IMG/VR virus record: IMGVR_UViG_3300023263_000008
Coordinates: 1 to 29,923 of that record
Strand: one strand, 5' to 3'
Origin: a virus
Lineage: Duplodnaviria; Caudoviricetes
Length of the DNA stretch: 29,923 nucleotides
A program made the translations under genes and the position numbers. The notes beneath the pieces were generated by a model, which saw only the letters and a list, made by a program, of their open reading frames with translations, was not told the origin of the DNA and made no database searches. Below are positions 23,053 to 29,923 of the stretch, piece by piece. Position 1 is the stretch's first letter. Every line of letters begins with the position of its first letter.

Positions 23053-24669
23053 GTGTCCACCTCTCCGACCCTAAACAACAATTTCTACCGCATCCGGCTC
23101 GACGGCGACGCGGTCGACAATACGCCGACCTGGGCGGCGGCGGAGAATGTTGGCTACACGATAGCCGTCGAGACGGCTTTCCGCATTCGGTTCAGGCCCA
23201 ACAATAGCGGCACCGGGTCGGCGGCGGGGCCCTTCATCCTCCGGGTCTCGAAGAACAGTGGGGCCTACACTGCGGTCACGACCTCGACCGGGGCGACGCT
23301 CGGGGCACAGTCAAACGACAGCTCGACCAGCGCCGATGAGACGGCGATCACGGTCTGGCGGCTGACCTCGACCAACGTCAACGGCAAGTACGACGAGACG
23401 GGATCGGCGACCTATACGCTTGGAATTTCGCCCACCGGCGCTGGCGAACTGGAATACGGCCTGATCCTCAAGTCGGCGGGGGCGACACCCGGCGATACTT
23501 TTGACTTTCAGATTTACAATTCCACGACGGCCTTCGGGGCGTTCTCCCAGATCCCGCGGATCACGGCCGCCGCCGATCCCGAGCCCGATCTTCTTGCCAA
23601 CGATGTCGTCTCAGCGTCGACGGTCCAGAAGCCTGCGGTAAAGCAGGTACATGGCCTAGCGGCCAATGACGTAACCTCGCCTTCCAGCGTCACCAAGCCG
23701 GCGCTGGCGATCGTTGTTCCGAATACCGCGCTGCTTGCCAATGATGTGCTTTCGGCGAGCAGTGTCACCCAGCCTGCGGCAACCATCCTTCGGGGGCTGC
23801 TGGCGAATGACGTCACCTCGGCGAGCACCGTCACCAAGCCTGCGGTCAAGCAGGCCCACGGCGTCCTGGCGAATGACGTAACGTCACCGTCGAGCGTCGG
23901 CCAGCCAGCAGCGTCCGTCCAGCGTGGCCTGCTCGCCAACGACATTGTCTCGGCGAGCACTGTCAGCCAGCCGGCGGTCAGGTCGCTGCAGGGTCTGTTG
24001 GCCGAGAACGTCATCTCGGCCTCGTTCCTGACCGAGCCGGTGGTCGGCGGGCCTGGGCAGATATTTGCCGATGATGTTGTCTCGCTGTCGAGCGTCACAT
24101 CTCCGGCCATCGGCCAGCGTCAAACCCTTGATGCGGCTGATGTCGTCTCGGCGTCGAGCGTCACAACTCCGGCGCTGGTGGAGATCGCCGGCAGCGTCGA
24201 GCAGGCGCTCTTCGCCGATAATGTCATTTCGGCCTCGTTCGTTTCCCGGCCGATGGTCGACCGGCCCGAGGTGGTCGAGCCGCCCGGAACGGAACTGGGT
24301 GGTGGCGGCAAGGTCTACGGCAGGGGCTACAGCCGCAAGCGCTGGGAGGATCTCCTCCGGCATCTCGAGGAAGAGCGCCAGGAGGCCCGCCAGCGTGCCG
24401 AAGCCTTCCGGGGCAAGAAGGACAGGGCGAGGGCAAGAAAAGCCGCTGTAGCCGCCTCTGAGGCGATCGCACGGGCCATCGAGCAGGAAGAAGCGGAGGA
24501 ACAGGCCGCGGCTGTCGCCCATGCCCGGGAGATCACCCGGATGCTGGAAGGGGCGAGCCAGGCGGCAAGCCTGACGGAATACCTCCGGCAGATGGAGGCG
24601 GTGCGAGAGGCGGCGATCGAAATGGAACTGGACGACGAGGACGAGACAATCCTGTTGCTGGTGGCATGA
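23053..24669 (+). CDS. Repeat-containing virion protein (candidate head fibre/spike)
   Basis: Beta-rich N-domain, ten ~22-aa LLANDVxSxSxVxxPA repeats, GGGG hinge, charged coiled coil and DDEDETILLLVA terminus. Confidence 0.65.
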   Translation: MSTSPTLNNNFYRIRLDGDAVDNTPTWAAAENVGYTIAVETAFRIRFRPNNSGTGSAAGPFILRVSKNSGAYTAVTTSTGATLGAQSNDSSTSADETAITVWRLTSTNVNGKYDETGSATYTLGISPTGAGELEYGLILKSAGATPGDTFDFQIYNSTTAFGAFSQIPRITAAADPEPDLLANDVVSASTVQKPAVKQVHGLAANDVTSPSSVTKPALAIVVPNTALLANDVLSASSVTQPAATILRGLLANDVTSASTVTKPAVKQAHGVLANDVTSPSSVGQPAASVQRGLLANDIVSASTVSQPAVRSLQGLLAENVISASFLTEPVVGGPGQIFADDVVSLSSVTSPAIGQRQTLDAADVVSASSVTTPALVEIAGSVEQALFADNVISASFVSRPMVDRPEVVEPPGTELGGGGKVYGRGYSRKRWEDLLRHLEEERQEARQRAEAFRGKKDRARARKAAVAASEAIARAIEQEEAEEQAAAVAHAREITRMLEGASQAASLTEYLRQMEAVREAAIEMELDDEDETILLLVA

Positions 24670-24962
24670 TGGCAGACGACGAATTCACCCTCCGCAAACA
24701 ACTGGACCGGGCGGCGAAGGCCCGCGCCATCCTCGACAACGAGATGCTGACGGAGGCGTTCGCCGCGCTGCGGCGGGCCTATCTCGATGCGTGGGAAGCG
24801 ACCGGGCCCCGCGACCAGGACGCCCGCGAGCGCTTTTGGGTGGCAACCACGGTGCTGACCAAGGTCGCCGGTCACCTCGAGACAGTGCTGACCGATGGCA
24901 AGATCGCGGCCGCGCAACTGGCAATGATGGACGCCGAGCAAGAGCGCACGAAGCGCTCCTAA
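24666..24962 (+). CDS. Conserved small head-module protein (precedes scaffold)
   Basis: RA..A.AILDN.ML.EAF..L...Y...W..T...D..ARE.FW...L..V..HL...L.DGK.A pattern. Confidence 0.7.
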   Translation: MMADDEFTLRKQLDRAAKARAILDNEMLTEAFAALRRAYLDAWEATGPRDQDARERFWVATTVLTKVAGHLETVLTDGKIAAAQLAMMDAEQERTKRS

Positions 24963-24977
24963 TTCAAGGAACAGCGT

Positions 24978-26051
24978 ATGTCGGATACAGATGGGGCGGC
25001 CCCGGCCGCAGTCCCAAGCACCGGAGAATTGTCGATCTCGGAGGCGGTTTCGTACCTCAACCGGCCGCCGAAGGACAGGGAACAACAGGAGCCACTGCAG
25101 CGCCCCCCCGAGGAGCCGCGCGTGGCCCGCGAGAAATCAACCCCGGTCGGGGTGGATGCCGAGCCTCCTCAAGACGAGGAACCTCCCGGCGAAGACGAGG
25201 CGCAAGACGAGGCTGAAGAGCCCCCCGTTCAACCGCCAAAGTCATGGCCCAAAGCAAGCAAGGAAGCATTCGCACTTCTCCCCCGGGAAGCTCAACAGGA
25301 GATCGTTGACACCCAGAACAAGCGCGATGCCGACTACCAGCGCGGGCTGAGAGATGCCGCCGAGCAGTCGAGGTCCGCACAGTCGGCCCGGCAGGCGGCC
25401 GAACAGGCGCGGGTGCAGTACGAGGCCGCCCTGCCGCAACTGTTCCAGCAGTTCTCGGCACAGTTCCAGACCGAGTTCCAGGACATCAAGACCTGGGACG
25501 ACGTCAGCAACATGCGCCAGAACGACCCGATGCGCTTCATGGCGTGGCAGGAAGCCAAGGCAAAAGGCGAGACGCTACAGAAGGAAGCCCATCAGGCGCA
25601 GGAACGGCAGCAGCAGCAATACTGGCAGCGGTTTGCCCAGTATACCCAGGCCGAGGACGCCAAGAGCGAGGAATACCTCAAAAAGGAACACCCCAAGCTC
25701 GGCGCCATGGATCAAGTCGGCAAGGGTGTCCGCCAGATGCTCATCAATGACGTCGGCATCACCGACAAGGAAGTGAGCGAGTGGTGGGCGGGGCAGCCGA
25801 TGAGCCTCCGCGATAGCCGGGTGCAGAAGCTATTCGTCGACGCATTCGCCTATCGCAAGGCCAAGGCCGGGGCGAAGGAAGCCTCGGAAACCCGCAAGCC
25901 TGTTCCCCCCGTCCAACGTCCTGGCACCGCCTCCAATCGGGGCGAGAGCCAGAACGTTCAAGCCAAAATCTTATCAGACAGGCTGACCAAGACCGGCAAG
26001 CTCGAGGACGCCGTAGCGCTCCTCAATGCCCGGTCCGGACGTCGGCGTTAG
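24978..26051 (+). CDS. Capsid scaffolding protein
   Basis: Acidic disordered N-terminus, PPKSW...F..LP.EAQ, coiled coil, PPVQRPG and L.KTG.LEDAVALL C-terminus; directly before the capsid gene. Confidence 0.8.
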   Translation: MSDTDGAAPAAVPSTGELSISEAVSYLNRPPKDREQQEPLQRPPEEPRVAREKSTPVGVDAEPPQDEEPPGEDEAQDEAEEPPVQPPKSWPKASKEAFALLPREAQQEIVDTQNKRDADYQRGLRDAAEQSRSAQSARQAAEQARVQYEAALPQLFQQFSAQFQTEFQDIKTWDDVSNMRQNDPMRFMAWQEAKAKGETLQKEAHQAQERQQQQYWQRFAQYTQAEDAKSEEYLKKEHPKLGAMDQVGKGVRQMLINDVGITDKEVSEWWAGQPMSLRDSRVQKLFVDAFAYRKAKAGAKEASETRKPVPPVQRPGTASNRGESQNVQAKILSDRLTKTGKLEDAVALLNARSGRRR

Positions 26052-26060
26052 GAGAATGAA

Positions 26061-27011
26061 ATGGGCGTTGATGCTAGTACCTTTGTGACCTATACCGCGA
26101 TCGGCAACCGGGAAGATCTCGAGGACGTCATCTACCGGATCGACCCCACGGATACGTGGTTCGTATCCAATGCCACCAAGGGCAAGGCGAAAGCCGTGAA
26201 CCATGAGTGGCAGACGCAGGCACTGGCGGCAGCCGCTGCCAATGCGGTGCTCGAGGGCGACGACGCCACCACCGACGCCGTTACGCCGACCGTGCGCCTC
26301 GGCAACATCTGCCAGATCTCCGACAAGGTCGCCCGCGTTTCGGGCACCCAGGAAGCGGTCGAGCACGCTGGCAGGGACAGCGAGATGAACTACCAGAAGA
26401 CGCTCAAGGGCCTCGAGCTCAAGCGCGATCTGGAGCTCATCATAGTCGGGTCGAATACCGCCAAAAATGCCGGCGCCATCGGCACGGCGAGGCTGACGGC
26501 CTCGATCCTGTCGTGGATCAAGACCAACAACAGCTCCGGGGCGTCTCCCGGTGCTGCGCCGGCCACCGCAGACGGTGCGGCAACCCGGACGGACGGTGTC
26601 CAGCGGGCCTTCACCGAGGCGCTTCTCAAGCCCGTCCTGCAGTCGATCTGGACCAACGGCGGCGACCCCGGCGTGATCCTCGTCGGCGGCTTCAACAAGC
26701 AGCAGTTCTCGACCTTCACCGGCCGGGCAACGCCGCAGGAAAACGCCACCAGCAAGAAGATTGTCAACAGCGTCGATGTGTATGAAGGCGACTTCGGCAC
26801 GATGAAGGTGATCGCCGACCGCTTCATGCGGGCGAGGGACTGCCTCATCCTCGACATGGACTACTGGGCGATCGACTATCTCCGCAACATGGTGAGCATT
26901 GATCTGGCAAAGACCGGCGACAGCGAGCGTCGGCAGATCCTTACGGAATATTGCCTTGTAAGCCGTAACGAGAAAGCAAGCGGTATCGTCGCAGATTTGA
27001 CTACGACTTAG
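26061..27011 (+). CDS. Major capsid protein (SU10-like / DUF5309)
   Basis: AGGAG SD; GNREDL.D.IY.IDPTDT, HEWQT..L, EGDDA, R.GN.CQI..K, ELKRDLE, Y..DFG, LAKTGDSE..QI..EY.L...NEKA.G...DL. Confidence 0.92.
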   Translation: MGVDASTFVTYTAIGNREDLEDVIYRIDPTDTWFVSNATKGKAKAVNHEWQTQALAAAAANAVLEGDDATTDAVTPTVRLGNICQISDKVARVSGTQEAVEHAGRDSEMNYQKTLKGLELKRDLELIIVGSNTAKNAGAIGTARLTASILSWIKTNNSSGASPGAAPATADGAATRTDGVQRAFTEALLKPVLQSIWTNGGDPGVILVGGFNKQQFSTFTGRATPQENATSKKIVNSVDVYEGDFGTMKVIADRFMRARDCLILDMDYWAIDYLRNMVSIDLAKTGDSERRQILTEYCLVSRNEKASGIVADLTTT

Positions 27012-27018
27012 CAATGCC

Positions 27019-27046
27019 GGGGCCGTCTTCGGGCGGCCCCTCTCTC
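27019..27046 (+). terminator. Hairpin after capsid gene (UUCG tetraloop), leaky terminator
   Basis: GGGGCCGTC-TTCG-GGCGGCCCC followed by TCTCT rather than poly-T. Confidence 0.65.
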
Positions 27047-27069
27047 CCCTCTCCCGAAGGAGCCCTACC

Positions 27070-27459
27070 ATGCCCGTCAACACCGTCGGCACGACCGCCG
27101 ATATCCCCTATTACGGTTCCATCGCCAACCTCTCGGCCGCCTCCATCGCCTATATCCCGGTGAGCAAGGCCGGTCGCCTGGTCAGTGGCTACGTAGCACA
27201 GTCAGCCGCCACCACCGTCGCCCCCGCCGTCGTCACCATCCGCAAGTTCCCGGCGGGCGTTGCGGCCGGCACGGTGGCCTGCGGCACCATCACCGTGACC
27301 CATACCGGATCCGGCATCGGTAGCGTCAGCCAGTTCGTCCCGACCGGGACTGAGGCGGCCTGTACCTTTGCTCCCGGCGACACCCTGGTGATCGACAACG
27401 CCGCCGGCAGCACCACCGCCTCGGTCGGCAACTTCTCCCTGATCATCAGGGGCGTCTGA
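27070..27459 (+). CDS. Putative capsid decoration protein
   Basis: AAGGAG SD; small beta-rich protein right after the capsid gene. Confidence 0.6.
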   Translation: MPVNTVGTTADIPYYGSIANLSAASIAYIPVSKAGRLVSGYVAQSAATTVAPAVVTIRKFPAGVAAGTVACGTITVTHTGSGIGSVSQFVPTGTEAACTFAPGDTLVIDNAAGSTTASVGNFSLIIRGV

Positions 27460-27460
27460 C

Positions 27461-27754
27461 ATGGCGAACCAGTATATCGGCGGCCCCTACCGGCTGGGGG
27501 CGCACCAGAAGGTGGCCTTCACCGGCACGGCAGGGACCACTACGGCAATCGCGTCCGGGGTCAACGTCATCCGGGTCTGCGCCACCTCGGCCGGCTATAT
27601 CAAGCTCAGCACGGCGGGCACCGCCGCCACCGTCTCGGACATCTTCATGCCGGCCGGCATCGTCGAGTATTTCATCGTCGATCCCGGCACCCGGGTATCG
27701 GCGATCCAGGACACTGCCGGCGGCAATATCCACGTCACCGAATTGAGCCGGTAA
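27461..27754 (+). CDS. Virion structural protein (spike-base-like)
   Basis: VIRVCATS..YI.....A.ATVSD.FMPAG.VEYF.V..G.RVSAI..G...VTEL pattern common in podophage head modules. Confidence 0.6.
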   Translation: MANQYIGGPYRLGAHQKVAFTGTAGTTTAIASGVNVIRVCATSAGYIKLSTAGTAATVSDIFMPAGIVEYFIVDPGTRVSAIQDTAGGNIHVTELSR

Positions 27755-27764
27755 GGTCTGTCCG

Positions 27765-29309
27765 ATGGACATGATCCGCGGCGGCTGGGGCATGGGGCTG
27801 CTCGGCAACGGCATGGGCGTCGCTACCGGCGGCGGCTCGGCTTATGACCCCGCCTCGGACCTGATCTTCGCCAACTTCACCACGCCACCCACGACACAGC
27901 GCAAGACCGACATAGACAATTGCGTGAGGGCGCTCAAGGCGGCGGGCGTGTGGCTGAAGCTCGATGCGCTTTACGTCATGGCCGCGGCGGATAGCCAGGC
28001 CGCACGGATCAATTGGTACAATCCGACCGGGGCTTTTACGCTGGTGGAGGTCAACGCTCCAGCCTTCACGGCCGATCTCGGCTATGCCGGGGCCTCGACC
28101 AAGTACCTCGACACCAACTGGAACCCGACGACGGCTCCGTTCCCTAACTATGCGCAGAACAGCGGTTGCATATTTGGCTACACGCGAACCAACCAGCAAT
28201 CGGCGCAGGGCTTTATCGGCAACACTGCCGGTACTGTTCAACTGGTCGGGCGAAACACCAGCGACTTTGCCATTGGCCGCATCAACAACACCACACCGAA
28301 TGCGACCGTGGCGAGCACTGACAGCATCGGCTTTTGGAGCGTCACCCGGTCGGGCGCGTCCGCGGTGGAACTGTACAAGAACGCCGTGTCAATCGATACC
28401 GATGCCGGTGCCTCGGTAGCCTTGACCAACGGTAATATGTGGGTTCTGCGCCAGACCTCGAACTACTTCACCGGGGACGTATCCTGTATGGGCGTCGGCA
28501 GCCATCTCTCTGCCGCCGAGCAACTGGCCCTCTACAACGCCCTCAACACCTACATGATCGCCGTCGGTGTCGTCTCTTCGTATCAGGCCGAGACAGAAGC
28601 CATTGCTGCGGCGTTCACGACGCCGCCGACGACGGCCCGCAAGAACCTGATTGACCAAGCTGTTGTGGCGTTGAAGACGGCTGGCATATGGGCCAAGCTG
28701 GATGCGTTGTATCTGTTCGCTGCGGCTGACAGTCAGGCGGCCAAGATCAACTGGAAGGCTCCGGGGACATACGACGCTGCTGAGGTAACCGCACCAACGT
28801 TCACTGCCGATCAAGGGTTCACGGGAGCCAGCACCAAATATCTCAATAGCGGGTTCAATCCGGCTACGGCGACGACGCCGAAATATGTGCAGGACAGTGC
28901 CGCAGCCTTTGCATGGAGCCTGACCAACGTCGATGTCGGTGGCGGTATACTGGGCTACGTCACCAGCACCGGCCTGATCGTGCTGCCAAAATTCGCCAGT
29001 TCGTTCAATCACACGATCAATGCGGCAGCCTCGACGGGTGTCGGAAATGGCGACAGTACCGGACTGTATACCGTGGTTCGGACGGCAGCCAGTGCACATG
29101 AAGCGTACAAGAATGGAACATCGGTAGCCACCGGCGTCGTGGCGTCCACGGCTGTCGCTAATGAAACCATCGTGTTTCTGCGGCGGACCAGTGGTTACTG
29201 GACCGGGCAATGCGCCGCCGGTGGCTTCGGTAGCCAGCTTTCTGCCGCAGAGCAACTAGCCCTCTATAACGCCCTTCGCGCTTATCTCACAGGAGTGGGA
29301 GTGCCATGA
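27765..29309 (+). CDS. Virion protein with two tandem ~240-aa domains (lectin/LamG-like beta sandwich suspected)
   Basis: FTTPPTT.RK..ID..V.ALK.AG.W.KLDALY..AAADSQAA.INW...YKN...G..LSAAEQLALYNAL occurs twice; N-terminal GMGLLG motif. Confidence 0.65.
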   Translation: MDMIRGGWGMGLLGNGMGVATGGGSAYDPASDLIFANFTTPPTTQRKTDIDNCVRALKAAGVWLKLDALYVMAAADSQAARINWYNPTGAFTLVEVNAPAFTADLGYAGASTKYLDTNWNPTTAPFPNYAQNSGCIFGYTRTNQQSAQGFIGNTAGTVQLVGRNTSDFAIGRINNTTPNATVASTDSIGFWSVTRSGASAVELYKNAVSIDTDAGASVALTNGNMWVLRQTSNYFTGDVSCMGVGSHLSAAEQLALYNALNTYMIAVGVVSSYQAETEAIAAAFTTPPTTARKNLIDQAVVALKTAGIWAKLDALYLFAAADSQAAKINWKAPGTYDAAEVTAPTFTADQGFTGASTKYLNSGFNPATATTPKYVQDSAAAFAWSLTNVDVGGGILGYVTSTGLIVLPKFASSFNHTINAAASTGVGNGDSTGLYTVVRTAASAHEAYKNGTSVATGVVASTAVANETIVFLRRTSGYWTGQCAAGGFGSQLSAAEQLALYNALRAYLTGVGVP

Positions 29310-29731
29310 TCAGCCTCACATTGGATGAAGCCCTTTATGTGCTGGGCCTCTCGCCCGTGGCCCAAGACACACATGGTCTGTGCGCATTGGAGCCTGTCCC
29401 CCTGAAGGGCGGCGGCTACTGGATGCCGGAGGACGTGCTCGACCATCCTGCCAATCAGGATGTGTATGACTATCTCGTTGACAAGGTGATACCCGGTGAT
29501 CCGACGCCTGAGCAGCAATGGGATTTCGGCACGCCGGAAGAGCCCAACCAGGCCGAGATCGACGCCTACAACGCCGTGAACCTGTCCTACACGGCTCCCG
29601 AGACCGAGCGGGGGTCCGAGGAGCGTGTGGGTGAAGCCACGGCCCTGATGGCGAAGATGGGGCTGGTGGCCTTGGTCCCGGCCAGAAAGATCGGCGGCAA
29701 CCGGGTAACGAAATCCCCGGATAGCCGTTAA
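29306..29731 (+). CDS. Hypothetical protein
   Basis: ATGA coupling; ALEPVPLKGG.Y.MPEDVL..PA motif. Confidence 0.6.
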   Translation: MISLTLDEALYVLGLSPVAQDTHGLCALEPVPLKGGGYWMPEDVLDHPANQDVYDYLVDKVIPGDPTPEQQWDFGTPEEPNQAEIDAYNAVNLSYTAPETERGSEERVGEATALMAKMGLVALVPARKIGGNRVTKSPDSR

Positions 29732-29736
29732 GAGCC

Positions 29737-29923
29737 ATGGCAAAAGCACGCAAGCTCAAGACCACCAAGGCCGAGCGCCGCACCATCCTGAAGGCAGCCG
29801 CCAAGCGCAAGCCAACCAAGCTCAAGGCCAAGCCCGAGAAGCCCGGCCGCAAGAAGCGGAAGCCGGATCCTGTTTCCCGTGAAGCCCCACCCCCACTGAA
29901 AATACACAGACCCCGTGGACCGG
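29737..29923 (+). CDS. Lys/Arg-rich basic protein (3' truncated)
   Basis: MAKARKLKTTKAERRTILKAAAKRKPTKLKAKPEKPGRKKRK..., open to the window end. Confidence 0.55.
   Translation, partial: MAKARKLKTTKAERRTILKAAAKRKPTKLKAKPEKPGRKKRKPDPVSREAPPPLKIHRPRGP

Noticed and set aside
23587-24265. Regular 66-bp periodicity as a CRISPR array
   Set aside because: Repeats are degenerate at codon third positions and encode a protein repeat; no constant repeat/unique spacer structure and no cas genes.
27009-27070. Capsid stop read-through or frameshift into the decoration gene
   Set aside because: The next gene is in a different frame, has its own AAGGAG SD, and no slippery sequence is evident.
27841-29306. 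Duplicated domain as a DGR template/variable repeat pair
   Set aside because: Differences involve all bases and are largely synonymous, not adenine-specific; no reverse transcriptase in the window.
1-29923. tRNA, rRNA, integrase, transposase or att site
   Set aside because: None recognisable by eye; a tRNAscan or HMM search would be needed to exclude divergent copies.

Overview
About 30 kb of a high-GC tailed-phage genome, most likely a podovirus-like phage of Alphaproteobacteria (Hyphomicrobiales/Rhizobiales-type host, inferred from GcrA, a BA14K-like domain and apparent GANTC scarcity). Order: end of a collagen/repeat tail-fibre gene and a lysis cassette (+). Then a tightly ATGA-coupled leftward early operon (-): BA14K-like protein, NinB, MTase-like protein, YqaJ exonuclease, ERF, HNH, HNH-AP2 and small ORFs. 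Then a divergent switch with three TCAC-N5-GTGA operators and a Cro-like gene but no CI, followed by a rightward early/replication operon (HTH and ParB-like pair, GcrA, structured RNA leader, replication initiator with iterons, C5-cytosine methyltransferase). Then a self-contained promoter/small-ORF/HTH cassette, and the head module (TerS, TerL, P22-like portal, repeat protein, scaffold, SU10/DUF5309-type capsid, decoration proteins). No integrase is present at the lysis/early-left junction. Most notable: (i) a C5-MTase apparently split over two nested reading frames, with a repeat-bounded module that keeps both frames open; (ii) an acr-aca-like candidate anti-defence operon; (iii) a candidate pseudoknot/RBS-sequestering RNA switch before the replication initiator. 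All family calls come from motif recognition by eye; no searches were run.
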